This document shows, in pieces, positions 1 through 13,728 of a DNA stretch of 64,000 bases. Source of the stretch: the human T2T-CHM13v2.0 reference genome, Homo sapiens; assembly GCF_009914755.1 (NCBI RefSeq), contig NC_060944.1, one strand, 5' to 3'. Position 1 is the first letter of the stretch, and the number at the start of each line of letters is the position of its first letter. The notes below the pieces were generated by a model. That model was not told the origin of the DNA and made no database searches. It saw only the letters and a program-made list of their open reading frames with translations. The position numbers were made by a program, and so were the translations under genes.

Positions 1-163
1 TATTGTCATGATGGGTGAAGAAAAACAAAACCAAAAACTATATCCACGAAGAGTCTAGTTAAATAATGTATGGTACATCTAAGCCATGAAAGATTATGCA
101 GCCATTAAAATGAATGAGGTAAATCTAGTTTTTGCTGATATGGAAAGATCTCTAAGGCTTATT

Positions 164-457
<294 letters not shown>

Positions 458-780
458 GGCTTATTCATTTATTAATAGTTAAAAAGTAAGGTACCCAACA
501 GTATATATGACATAATCCCATTGGTATTAGAAATAAAAATAATCTTTCTACATAGCCTTATTGAGCACCTACTGCTTGCCAGGAACTGGAGTAAGCAGGA
601 GGAATACAGTGTGGATAAAACAAAACTCCTATTTCCATGGAGGTTGGTGCAAAAGCAATTGCATCAACCTAATATAAAGACGTGCAAGAAAATGGCTTCT
701 TCTGAGCCTGGAGATGTGGGAGTGAGATTTCTGTCTTTCCATTGTATGCCCTCTGGTATTTGAATTAGTCTTACTGTTGA

Positions 781-1076
<296 letters not shown>

Positions 1077-1189
1077 TGAATGCATTTATTTTAATGATCA
1101 GTTTTTAAAAGACTGGATTAAAAAAATGAGAGAGAAAGCAACGAGCAGTGTTTGGCTCAATGCAAATGGTTGCTTTTATTATTATCATA

Positions 1190-1350
1190 GTAATAAAACA
1201 TTTATTAACTGTCTCTTGAGCACCTACTGTGTGCCAGGTACTTTGCTAGGTGCTGAAGATACGTAGTGAGCAAGAAAGATAAAAATATTGGTCCTCAGGA
1301 GCAGGTGCTCTAGGTGGGGGGACACAGGAATCAGAGAAGTAACTGCAAAT
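1190..1350 (-). mobile_element. L2 fragment
   Basis: ttgagcacctactgtgtgccagg...ctaggtgctg, the L2 3'-end motif in antisense. Confidence 0.7.
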
Positions 1351-1519
1351 GTCATTAGTGTTACAACAGTTGGGGATTATGATGGCATCGGAACCTAACA
1401 GAGGGGAGGCTTGCAGGTCTAGGGAGTTGCCCAGGGATCGGAGCCTGGGCTCCAGCCCTCTATCCTCAAGCCTGGGCAGTTCACAAGGTTGGACCCCTCC
1501 ATGGCTTCAGAGCAAACAA

Positions 1520-1770
1520 AAACAGCTAAAATTGATGGAATACATACAGCCAACAGGCACACTGTAAATACTTTACATGTATTAACTTACTTAGAATCCT
1601 TACTACAACCCTATGGATACTATTTTTATGCTCATTCTAGAGATGAGAAAGTCAAGGCACAGAGAGATTGAGTAACTTGCTGAAGGCCACACAGCTAGTA
1701 GGTGGCGGAACCAGAATTCAAACCCAGGTATTCTGCTACAGATGCCATACTTATAACTACTTCCTTTCAT
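1520..1770 (-). mobile_element. MIR
   Basis: cattctagagatgagaaagtcaaggcacagagag...aacttgctgaaggccacacagctag, the MIR core. Confidence 0.75.
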
Positions 1771-2094
1771 GACTTTCTTCTCCTCTTCCCTGCTTATCAG
1801 AGCCAGTCCTCTGTCTCCCTGTCCTCCCCAGACATGAGGATGACCCTCTCTGGCCCCAGCTGCAGCAGAACATGCAAGGATTGGAGGACACTCTCCAATC
1901 TTCCCCTGTCCCAGGGGCTCCTAAAGTGTCCTGGTTTTGCCCTTGGAGCCCAAGTAGAAGAGGGGACGAGGGGGAGCAGGAGCCAGCCAGGTATACGCTG
2001 GTCCCCCGTCTGCCTGTCCTTCAGGCATAAGAATCTGGGTTACTCCTAGAGCCCAAGTGTCCAGATTGATTCTAACTCCAGCCCCTGAATGAGC

Positions 2095-2555
2095 CACAAA
2101 CTGAGTCCTAACCCGGGTCACACTGAATCTTGACCCTGGCCGCACATTCCTTCATAACCCTGGTCCTAGGCTAAGCCTTGACCCTGGTCACACACTGATC
2201 CTTAACCCTAGTTGCATACTGATCCCTGACTCTGATCACAGACTAACTCCTAGTGTGATCTATGACCCAGGTCATGTACTGACCTCAGTCTCAGACTGAA
2301 CCCTGATCCTTGTCAAGGATAAGCCCTGACCCTCATCACACACTGAGTCCTGACCCTGCTCACTGGTTGAGCTCTGACGCAGGACACAGACTGAGCTTTG
2401 ACCCTGGAGAGACACTGAGTCCTGGCACTCCTCACTGACTGATCCCTGATCCTGGCCATAGAGTCAACCATAATCTGGTCCTAGGGTGAACCATAATCTT
2501 TGTCACATATTGATCTCTAACCCTAGTCATACACTGAGTTCAGCCCTGGCCTCAG
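2095..2555. repeat. Degenerate 24-bp minisatellite, about 19 units, consensus CACAGACTGAGCCCTGACCCTGGT
   Basis: Units such as cacacactgatccttaaccctagt, cacacactgagtcctgaccctgct and cacagactgagctttgaccctgga recur at 24-nt spacing. Confidence 0.8.
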
Positions 2556-3589
2556 ATGCCCAGCCATCTCCAATTGCTGCTGTCTACTGCCCAGGGATTC
2601 AGAGACTCCCAGAATGCCCTCTTCCCACCTTTCCCCAGAGCTTAAAGTGATTCCACTGGCCTGTGCAGAGGTCACCCAGCCTGTCATCCCCGGGGCCCAT
2701 CTGGGGGACCTACAGGGCTCTAAAAAAGACAGGGAAGGCATGATTTAGACAGAGCTAAATTCTCGAGATGCTGCTTTTCATCTAGAGGCTCCCAAACTCT
2801 TCCTATTTCTCTCTGTCTCGTCTCTTCCCCCATTCACACACATATTTCTCCTGAAACAAAATTCATCAGCAAATTCTGTCTTTAAGAAGGGAGGTCAGAC
2901 AGCAGCCAGCCCAGCAGCTGGGCAGAATTCTATTATCAGGAGGAAATGCAGCCAGCAGGAAGGACTGTGCCCTCCCTCCCGGCAAAGTGTTACTCACTCT
3001 CCCCAGCTTGGCTTCCTTCTGAAGGGCTGTGGAGTTCCTGACAGGTGGAGGTGGTGGACGTCTGCTGATGTTGACCAGGGAGCCCGTGCTCCCACCGGTG
3101 GCTGGCTGCCCCAGACCTGGCCCCTGTTCTGGGAATCTGCCCCAGTGTCTGAGCAACACAGGGGTGAAGAGTTTGAAATGGTTCCCCAAGGTGCTTTCCA
3201 GGATTGCAGGGCCTGGGTAGGGCCTTACATATTGGGAGAGTCCTTGTGGCCTCTTTGGGGAAGGATGTTTCCCCCTTAAGACCCCTGAAAACAGGGGTGC
3301 AGGATGGATGAGGAACACAGGGCTCACCCTCCACCCCCATCTCCAGGCAGTGCAAACATGTGAAACATGAACACATGGGCAGGCGTTGAGGTTTCCACTC
3401 AGTTCCCCCTCCCTGCTCTGGCAGGGAAAGGACTTTTGCTCCTCTGGGCCAGGGAGCCCTGGAGGGAGGGGAGAGGCATGGTTGCTGAGGCTGGGTGGGG
3501 GCTTCCAGATGGGTGTCACCCATGCCCTTCCGACCATCTAGGACAGCCTGGGAGTTGTGTCTAGTTAGGAGAGTCAAGAGTCAAGTATC

Positions 3590-4133
3590 CAGTGAGCTGG
3601 TCATTCGGATACCGAGGTGGGAAACAGGTGATCAGCCTGACAGTCATCTTGTCAGTTAGACGTAGAGACAGGCAGATGGGCAGGCCGTCACTCAGCCATT
3701 TGATCAGGCCTGCAGTCAGACAAGCAGGCTGACAGACAGACGGTCAGTCAGTCAGAGGAGGAGATGAACAGACAGGCTTCTTCATCTGTTAGTCAGATAC
3801 AATAGATACCCAGCAGACAGACAGGCAGACAGACAGACATAGACAGACAGACAGACAGACAGGCTGTCCATCAGCCATCTTGTCAGTCAGCTATAGAGAC
3901 AGCTAGTCAGTCAGTCAGACAGGAGATGGACAGCTAGTCTTAGTTACTCATCTAATTACAGCCAGCCAAACACCCAGGAAGACAGACAGACAGACACTCC
4001 AACAGGCATTTGAATGAGGAGATGGAGAGAAAGGCAATTTGTTTTGCATCTAATTAGTCAGGTACAAGAGCCGCAGCCAGGTAGACAGGGAGAGAGTCTC
4101 TCTGTCTCAGAGAGGGACATTCAGTCAGACATG

Positions 4134-4165
<32 letters not shown>

Positions 4166-4260
4166 CACAGCCATTCATCCAGTCAGTCAGCTATCCTGTC
4201 TGTCAGGCTCTCAGACTTGCGGTGGACAAGTCAGTCAGTCAGTGTCCGTCAGAACCAACC
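3590..4260. repeat. Degenerate (CAGN)n tetranucleotide array with pure (CAGA)n and (CAGG)n cores
   Basis: Runs of cagtcagtca, cagacagaca and caggcaggca throughout. Confidence 0.8.
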
Positions 4261-4540
4261 TACCTTCTGGCCAGTGATGCAGCTGGCCATTATGACAGAC
4301 ATCCAGGCTGGGCAGAGACAAACACTGGATGCTATGAGGAATGTTAAGAAATGGGGGTCCTAAGCTCACAGAATAACCGGGGGTCCCAACACCCCTCTCA
4401 AGAGCCTGATACAGCCCCTCAACAATCAGGGAAAGCATTCTGGAAGAGGAGGGAAGAGGCACCCCACTCCAAGAGCCATCCCTCATCTCCCTCTGAAGTG
4501 CCTGGCCTCCCTCTACAGGCCACAGGCCTAGAGAAGGAGC

Positions 4541-4554
4541 TGTGTGTGTGTGTG

Positions 4555-4587
<33 letters not shown>
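4541..4587. repeat. (TG)n microsatellite, (TG)10 CG (TG)12
   Basis: Read directly. Confidence 0.97.
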
Positions 4588-5169
4588 CTCAGCTCTGCCA
4601 AGTTCTCCTCGCCTCCCTCCTCCACTGGAGTGGGGGTTGGGCGGCCCTCCCAGGCCACTTCCCATTTTGGGAATTGGGCTGAGAACTATGCAAGAGACAG
4701 AAATAATTCCTTTTTCGAGCCTGGCCAGGGCTGTAGCAGCCCAAACATTGGCACAAAACCAGTGCTGGGGAGGGGCCCAGGAGGGGGCAGCCAGGGGTGG
4801 GACGGAGCCCTGGGGCCCAGGGACACAAAGGCCTGGGTGTCTCCAGAAGAACCTCCTCATCCAGTCCCAGGGCTGGGTACAGGTACCTGGAAGATTCGAG
4901 ACTCTTAGTGGAGCTGCCAGGCCAGAAAATGTTCGGGATTGGGGAGGGGACCAGGTTACAGAAAGAACAAGAAAGAAGTCATAGAGTCTCCACTGGTAAA
5001 GACAACTTGAAAAATGGACCATTTCTGGTGGCCAAGAAGGGATCCCTGCTCTCTCCTGAGAACACATCCCCCGCTATGGGCAGACCCACTGAGCACTCAC
5101 ATAAGAGATGGTGGCCTGGGAAGCACCTAGCACACAGTAGGTGCACACTAAATGCAAGTGTCCTTGGAC

Positions 5170-5365
5170 CAGAATCGTACACAACTAGCTTCGCAGCCCT
5201 TTGGCACTGCTTCCTAGGGTGTGACCCTAGGCAAGTGACCTCAGCTCTCTCAGCCTCACATTTCCCCTCTGTAAACTGGGAGTAATGGCAAAACCCGCTT
5301 CCCGGGGTGGCTACGAGGATTAAATGACATGACAGGTACAGAAAATCTAGCACCTAGTAGGTCTG
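5170..5365 (+). mobile_element. MIR
   Basis: tgtgaccctaggcaagtgacctcagctctctcagcctcacatttcccctctgtaaactggg. Confidence 0.75.
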
Positions 5366-6139
5366 TGATCTATTTGAGTCCTTCCTCCTTTCTTTCCTTC
5401 TTTCTCAAAGCATTATTTTCATCTCACTGGGGTCTTACAGCAATCAGCCAAGGCAGATCTTGATCGTCATTTTCCAAGTGACACCCTCCTGAAATCAGCC
5501 CGTCTCTTAGCCTCAGTGTCCCCCTTGTGTAAAATGATAGCTCGGGACAGGAGATGTCTGGAAAGCCCTTTCAGAGCCTCAGCGCTAGAGTCGCTGGTGA
5601 TCCTCAATGCTTGATTGCATCATTCCCAGCATGCAGGGGCCCTTCCCAACCACTCCGTGGGGATCCCTGTGGTTCTGAGGAAGCTGACCCTGCCCCCTGC
5701 CCCAGGGATAAGCCAGTCAGCACATGGCATCCCCCAGCTAGAGAGCTTGCTGAGTGGGGCATGTGATTCAAGCTAAGCCAATTTATTGACTTCTGAGCTT
5801 TGGCCAGGAATGCTGGGAGTTCCCTTCTCTTCTGGATAACGTAGAGTGCATGTGTGACGCCTAGAAATGCTGCAGCCTTTGGGACTCCCATGAGGGGAGC
5901 CAGCCCAAGAGAAAAATTGGCTCACAGAGGAGGACAAAGCAGAGTAAATCCTTGACACAATGATGACATCATGATCCCCTCCCTACCCTTGCTACACACT
6001 GCCTGGGCTTTTCAGTTGCACTATCCAATAAATGCCCTTTATTGTCCATGCCAGTTTCATTTGACTTTCAGTTTCCTGCACCCAAATACACCCCAAAAGA
6101 CCCAAATACACCCCAACAGTCTAGACTTATTGCCAGTTT

Positions 6140-6290
6140 TAATCCTCAATGTGACTCTTCTACATAGATACTATTGTTCTTCCCATTTTAGAGATGAGGA
6201 AACTGAGGCTCAGAGAGTGAAGTGACTTGTCTGAAATCTCACAGCCAGAAACTGTCAGTGCTGGGATTTGAACCTGGAAATGCCTTATGC
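6140..6290 (-). mobile_element. MIR
   Basis: cccattttagagatgaggaaactgaggctcagagagtgaagtgacttg. Confidence 0.8.
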
Positions 6291-6619
6291 TCTTCTCACC
6301 ATGTTATAAGACCTTCTCTTTTCTCATCTATCTCTGGGCAAGTGGGAGGGAGTAAAACAGTAACAGCCACCACCAAACTCCAGTAATAATCATCCCAGGG
6401 AAGACCAATCACATAACATCAAAGCCTGGAAGACGCTTAGAGATCATTCAGCACAACCCTCCATTTCACAAATGAGGAGACTGAGGACCAGAGCGGGGAA
6501 GAGACACAGGCAGCAGGAGGCAGATTGGGAGCCAGAGCCTGGGACAGCAAGAGGACATTGTTCCTGCAAGGGCAGAGGAGTCACCTGCTGCTCATACCTG
6601 GAGGAAGAGGGGGCTTCTT

Positions 6620-6850
6620 TTTAGCAACAAACCATCTCACCCTTTGGGGGAACTATCCCTTCCCAGCTCTCAAGCCACGTGGCTTGTAGCCTGGCCTCAC
6701 CTCTGGCTCCAGGTCTGGCCAATCAGAACGGTGCATTCCCCTGGCAACAACGATTGGCAGAGTCTGGGCATGTGACCCCAATCAAGCCAATCAGAGTGAA
6801 CCCTGGGACTTGTCATGGGACTACCGGAAAGAGAAGCTCCAGCATTCTAA
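6620..6850 (+). mobile_element. Old MaLR LTR fragment (MLT1-type)
   Basis: ggccaatcaga...gattgg...gggcatgtgacccca...gccaatcagag...ccctgggact pattern. Confidence 0.55.
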
Positions 6851-7113
6851 TGGAGCTCCGCCTTCAGCACAGGTAAGGACAGGCTCCAGGCTCAGAGCTG
6901 CCAGTTCGAGTTTAATAACCTAGTTTATTTTTGTGGTATTCATTTTTAACCCTGTGTTCAATTTAAGGTGATTAACTCCATACAGTTTGCCAGAACCATC
7001 TAGGTTTTAAAACTGAAAGTTCACAGGTGAATGGAGGCAAGGGTGGTTGGTCACCCCTGCTTCAACTTATGGGTATCAGATACTGGTTTTCCATTAATGG
7101 CAGCTTCCTTTTA

Positions 7114-7611
<498 letters not shown>

Positions 7612-8469
7612 TCAGTTCCTGGGTTGGTGGCCCACTGGCCGTTTGACTCTAAACAGGTTGCTTGCCCTCTCCGAGCCTCCACATCATCCCAAGCTCACAA
7701 GGCCAACCATCCTCAGAGGTGGGGAGAGGTCAGAGGGCAGGCAGGCTCTGTTGTGGGCAGGCAGGCTCTGTTCACCCTTATCCTCTTAAGGGTGAGGTCT
7801 TAAGGTATGAGTTGCTCCCAGTGCAAAAGCTGGCACCAACAGCAGCAACTCACAAATCTTTGGAGAGGCCCGGCATTCCCCACTCAGTGACTGCTGAGTT
7901 TGACTGATGGGGCCATGTCGGCAAATTAGCCACCATTCAGCAGAGACACCCTTTAGAGATGCTAATTGCCCAGTGCTCATGCGTCCCCACCCCTCCCTGG
8001 CACAGGCGGCTGGCTGTCGATCCCCTGCCATTATTGTCTGATAACAGTGCTTGATTTGTCTACACAGACCAGGGCCCCTGCATGCATGCTGTTAGCATCT
8101 AACTACCAGCCAGCACGGCGCATGAAGCACGGTTCATTAATGCTCTTGAGGGGAGCAAACAGGTGCTGGCAGAAATCTATTCCCGTGGACAAATCTGTGG
8201 ACACGTGCACCCTCATACGTGCCCACTTAGCCCCCAAGTATAGGAATGAGTCAGTGTCACGTGTGCATATGCATTCTGTGAACTACTCATACGCCGGCTA
8301 AGAAGCAGCCTCAGACACATACGCACAGGATGGAGTACATGCATGTACATAACAGGCAATGCTACATGGGGTTGTGTTAGGATTACATTACAGAACACCT
8401 GTAAGGCGTCTTGAACAGCGCCCGGCATGTGGTTAATTACTCCTCAGTAAATTAGATCTCTTATTATTT

Positions 8470-8760
8470 TTTCCCAGTGCTCCTTTATTTATTGAGGTAT
8501 AACTTACACATAATAAAATGCACAAGTTTTAAGTGTTTAGTGCAGTGCCTTTTGATAAATAGATACACTTGTGTACCCACCAACTCAGTTAAGGTCCAGA
8601 ATATTTCCATCATCCAGGAAGTTCTCTCGGGTTCCCTTCCAGTCAATACCTCCAAAAGCAATCACTGTTCTGATTTCTCTTGTTATAGTTGAATTTTGCT
8701 TGTTCTTGAGCCTCATATAAATGGAATCATATGGTGTGTCCTTCTTGGCAATGCCTATTG
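8470..8760 (-). mobile_element. L1M 3'-end fragment
   Basis: tttattgaggtataacttacacataataaaatgcacaagttttaagtg...catataaatggaatcatat. Confidence 0.8.
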
Positions 8761-10339
8761 TGGATGCTCAGATGTGTGCACAGCCACTCACACTTACACA
8801 CATGTGCATGGATACTCAGTCAGACTCATTCAGAAATGGGGATTTCTGAGCTGTAAATCCCTTGGCCTCAGCTTGCAGTTCAGCTAAGCCTCTCTGGGTT
8901 CAGAGGACTAAAGGAGATGGGGAGAGCCCCTGATGCTGGGTCCAGCCACCGTGGGGGGCTCCTTCCACATTTTCTTCAGCTTCCCTTACTGAGTGACCTC
9001 AGACAAGAACTGAAAATCTGTTTTCTCCTGTGAAATGAAATGAATAATAATAACATACAGCTCATAACTCCCCTGTATTGAGCACTTATTATGCAGTAGG
9101 CACTGTTCTAAGGACTGCGCAAGTTCGAGTCCACTCTGTCCTCCCAGCAACCCTATAATCCAGGTATCATCATTACCTGTCTTATGGGAAAGGAACCTGA
9201 GGCACAGAGAGGCCCAGCAGCTTGTCTGAGGTCACACAGGAAGGGGCAGAGCTGCGATTTGGACCCGGTCCAGCTCCAGAGCCTTCACCTGCCACCATTA
9301 TCCCTCTTTATGAAGGGATTATGAGAATTATTGATTATGTCCATGCCTTGGAACCCAGTAGGTGCTAAATAAGTATTGCATAAGATTACTACCAAGAACA
9401 TTTACATCCACTATCTCACTGATGCCTCAGAACAGCCCCATTTTACAGATGAGGAAACTGAGGCTCAGAAGTCAGTGGCAAAAGATTCTGGTCTTCTGGT
9501 TCTAAATCCCACATTCTTTCTATTCCCCCAGCTGGGGATATTCTATTCCACAAGGCAGATGCTTTGTTTTGTTTGCTGCTATGTCCTCAGCACCTAGAAG
9601 AGTGCCTGGCACATACTTGACACTCAATACATGTTTTCCAATGAATGAGTACAGCAGGGAGTTGGGAGGAATCACCCAGCCCAATGCCCTCCCGTTACAG
9701 CTGGGGGACCCAAGACCTATAGAGAGGATGTGACTCATCCAAGGTCACACAGCATCTTGGTGCCGTTGAAGCTATTGTTTTCTCCCTTGCCTGGCTCACC
9801 TCCTCTACCCTTGGGCCTGAGCAAGCCAAAAGATTTGGGAGCCCCTGAGGCTCTCTCAAAGGCCACGTTAATGGGGAGCTGGCATGGAGCCTCTCCCAAC
9901 TTCATTAAGCCATCCAAGGTCAGCACGGAAGCCTGCCAAGCTAACCCTCAGAAAACGCCGGCTGAAAGGAAACAAGGCTTGCCAGAGCTTTTGCGCTGGG
10001 ATGGGGACCATTCCTGGCAAACAAGGTGGGGAGGGAGGACCGGGCCAGCCTTTCAAAGCCCTTCGTGAACAAATGCTTGGACTGCAGCCTGCTCTGGTCA
10101 TTGTCCCCTCCAAGTCAGCAGAAACAGCCAAACTCTTCAGTCTAGCAGGGAAAATGGAGAATGGACTGGAGTCTGTGTGTGTGGGGACAGTGCCAATGAG
10201 AGCCCACCCTGAAGATGGAAGGGAAAAGGCAGGAAGATGGTGAAGCTAGGTAGGGGGAGACCATCCCATCCTGAGGGTAACTCTTAGTTGCCAGTCCCCA
10301 GCCCTTGGGCATGGAGGTCAGTTTTAAATAACACTGATT

Positions 10340-10643
<304 letters not shown>

Positions 10644-10664
10644 ATAACACCGATCACCTCCCTT

Positions 10665-11112
10665 CATGTCAGGGCATCCCTAAAAGCAGAGCCTGAGACA
10701 GGGATTCTTAGGCACGTGATTCATTCTTGCTCCACGTCTCCTTTAGGAGATGGGGGAGAGAGAGAAGCAGGACAGGATAGGGAAGGAGCTAAGCCAGGAT
10801 GTAGCCTCAGCTGAGGTCTAGCTTCGGCCTGAATTGCACCAGGTGTTGATCCCACCTTGCAGAAAGAGGGCTGAGCTTTTGTACCCCTGACTCAATGAGT
10901 CCACAGTCTGCCTGGTGGGAGGACGGGAGAGCTGCCACAGGTTAAAATCCCCTGGCAGGCGACTCCCATGGGCCAAGGGCAATTGTGAGAGGCAGGAGTC
11001 GTGAGAAGGGGGCAGTGGTGAACTGTTAGCAGCGGGGAATGCCAGCAGTTGGGGTGTGGGTGCACCAGCTCGTAAATGGAGTGTAGGTGAGGAACTCACA
11101 GTGTCCACCACA
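10665..11112 (-). mobile_element. Old ERVL-type LTR (LTR16/LTR33-like)
   Basis: aagcagagcctgagacagggattctt...gtgattcatt is the antisense of the typical ERVL LTR 3' end. Confidence 0.55.
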
Positions 11113-11149
11113 CTGGCTGTCCTCTTTTCTTTTAAATTTAAAATGTGTG

Positions 11150-11326
11150 TATTTTTTATTTTTGTGGGTACTTAGTAGGGGTATCTATGGGGTACATGAA
11201 ATGTTTTGATCCAGGCATGCAATGCCTCATAATCGTATGATGGAGGACGGGGTATCCATCCCCTGAAACATTTACCTTTGTGTTATAAACAATCCAATTA
11301 CACTCTTTTAGTTATTTTAAAATGTT
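11150..11326 (-). mobile_element. L1MA/PB 3'-end fragment
   Basis: ttttgtgggtac..agtagg..tatggggtacatg...ggggtatccatcccct...gttattttaaaatgt. Confidence 0.8.
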
Positions 11327-12253
11327 GGGTGTCCTCTTATTGTATTAATTCATCACTACCTAAACCTCCCAAACTTAGGGTCAACCCTTAGAAGAAAAGG
11401 GAGACTGAATTGAACCAAGATACAGTTTCCACCACCCTCCATCACGGCCATTGCATCCAGTGTACGAACAAAACAACAGCCCTGCTCACACATCTAGGCT
11501 CACAGCATGCAAGCTGTGCCTATTCCAGTTGTAGGACTCTAGAACCTTCAAGACACTGAGGGCAGAACTTCAGAATTGTAGCTTTCAGGCTCTCTGAGCT
11601 AATGTACCCACAAAGGGGGCCTCCCCAGGGGAAGACAGAATGGGGCCTGGCTCGAGGACCAGGCTGGGCAGATGAAGTTACAAGGTGAGGAAAGACAAGG
11701 TGGCTTGACCAGGTCTCACGGGAGGCCCCACGACAGACCGTGGAGAGGATGGCGAGACCTGAGATTGTGAGAAGGTGTAGGAAATTAGGTACCAGTGGAG
11801 CAGCCTTGGGGTAGGTGAGGACCTGGCTGCAGCCCTGACCCCAGCTGCAAAACGACCTGGATGCTTCGGCTCTGAGTAGCGCTTAGAGCAGGGCCACACT
11901 TCAACACCACCCATGCCAAACTGAACCCCTTTCACCTGGGTACAGCACTCTACAGTGAGCAAACAATCTAATAGCTCAGCATCTGGAGGTGGGTGAGTTG
12001 GGGGCTAAATTTGACGCAGGGGGAAACTGAGGCCTAGAGAAGTGCACTAACTTACTTCACTAGCAAATTCTGATGAAGCACCTACTCTGTGCCAGGCACT
12101 AATTCAGGTCCTGAGATACTTCAGTAAACAAAAGAGAAACCCCTGCCCACATGGAGCACATATTCAGGTGGGCGAGGAGGGGGTTGGGGAAGGAAGTAAT
12201 TATTGCTGTGGAGAAAAAGAATGAAGCAGGGAAGGGAGATAAGAAGGCAGGAG

Positions 12254-12554
12254 GGCTGGGCGCGGTGGCTCACACCTGTGATCCCAACACTTTGGGAGGC
12301 TGAGGCAGGCAGATCACTTGAGGCCAGGAGTTTGAGACCAGCCTGGCCAACATGGCAAAACCCCATCTCTACTAAAAGTACAAAAAAATCAGCCAGAATG
12401 TGGTGGTGCTTGCCTGTAATCCCAGCTACTCGGGAGGCTGAGGCACGAGAAAATTGCTTGAACCCGGGAGGCGGAGGTTGCAGTGAGCCGAGATGGCACC
12501 ACTGCACTCCAGCCTGGGCGACAGAGTGAGACACTGCCTCAAAAAAAAAAAAAA
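12254..12554 (+). mobile_element. AluS within L2 (L2 about 12050-12950, minus)
   Basis: Full dimer with poly(A). Confidence 0.95.
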
Positions 12555-12964
12555 GGAAGGCTGGGGGTGGAAACTGCCATTTGAAAATAGAGGGTCAGGG
12601 AAGGTGTCACTTCCTAAAGAGAGGATGCTTGAATAAGAACTTGGAGGTGAGAGAAGTCGTGCAGGGAACAGCGGGAATAGCCGATGCTAAGCTCCCCCAG
12701 GTAGATTTGCAATGGGAGACGGAGAGATGAGGTCAGAGAGGTCTTGTAGGGGCAGGTCCTGCAGGGCCATGAGGACTTTGCTGTTACACTGAGTGATATG
12801 GGAGCCACTGGAAGGCTTTGAGTGGGAGGTGACATGACCTGACGTGGGTTCTCACAGGATCCCTCTGGCTTTCAGGGAAGCGTGTGAGTGTGGATGCAGG
12901 TGAGCAGCGAGAAAGTAACTGTAATAGTCCAGGTGAGAAATGACAGTGGCTTGCTCTAAAGTAG

Positions 12965-12966
<2 letters not shown>

Positions 12967-12999
<33 letters not shown>

Positions 13000-13287
13000 T
13001 GAGACAGGGTCTTACTCTTTCACCCAGGCTGGAGCGTAGTGGTGCAATCATGGATTACTGCAGCCTCAACCTCTGGGGCCCAAGTGATCCTCCCATTTTA
13101 GCCTCTCAAGTAGCTGGGACCACAGGCATGTGCCACCATGCCCGGCTAATTTTTTGAAATTATTTTTTGTAGAGATGGGGTCTCAATATGTTACCCAGGC
13201 TGGTCTTGAACCCCTGGGCTCAAGTGATCCTCCTGCCTCAGCTTCCCAAAGTGCTGGGATTACAGGCACAAGCCACCGTACCTGGTC
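12967..13287 (-). mobile_element. AluJ
   Basis: J-type ctgggctcaagtgatcctcc in both arms. Long T tract. TSD CTAAAGTAGA. Confidence 0.92.
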
Positions 13288-13291
13288 CTAA

Positions 13292-13505
13292 AGTAGAGTT
13301 TCTCAACTTCAGCACTATCATCATTTGGGCTGAATGAATCTTTGTTGTGGGGCTGTCCTGTGCACTGTGGATGTTTAGCGGCATCCCGGCATCTACCCAC
13401 TAGGTGCCAATAGTACCATCCCACCTGGTATGATACCAAAAATATCTCCAGACAATGCCAAATGCTCTCTGAGGGGCAAAAATCACCCCCCGTTGAGAAC
13501 TTCTG
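13292..13505. mobile_element. MER20 (hAT-Charlie MITE), near full length
   Basis: ttctcaac...gttgtggggctgtcctgtgcactg...ctacccactag...ccagacaatgccaaatg...gttgagaac. Confidence 0.85.
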
Positions 13506-13513
13506 GTCTGGAG

Positions 13514-13728
13514 CAGGAGTCAGCCAGCTATGGCTCACGGGCCAAATGCAACCTGCCACCTGCTTGTACAACCCGAGAGCAAGCTGAGAGCAGATTTCAC
13601 ATTTTTAAATGGTTCCGTTTTAAGTGATTATGTAAGTACCTACAGAATATCCTCAATTTTGCCTCTTGGCCTGCAAACCTCAAATATTTACTATCTGGCC
13701 CTTTCAAGAAAAGCGTGCCGACTCTTGG
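13514..13728. mobile_element. MER58-type hAT MITE
   Basis: caggagtcagc..ctatggc..cgggccaaat...aaatatttactatctggcccttt..agaaaa...gccgac. Confidence 0.75.

Noticed and set aside
2095-2555. Regularly spaced repeats superficially like a CRISPR array
   Set aside because: Eukaryotic intron, head-to-tail degenerate units with no unique spacers, and no cas genes.
2866-3577. 223-aa and 195-aa minus-strand ORFs
   Set aside because: Overlapping frames, no homology I can recognise, and composition typical of GC-rich intron.
6863-6886. RE1-like TTCAGCACA-GGTAA-GGACAGGCTC
   Set aside because: The 5-nt spacer falls between the canonical and usual wide-spacer classes, both halves are degenerate, and it lies at a TE junction.
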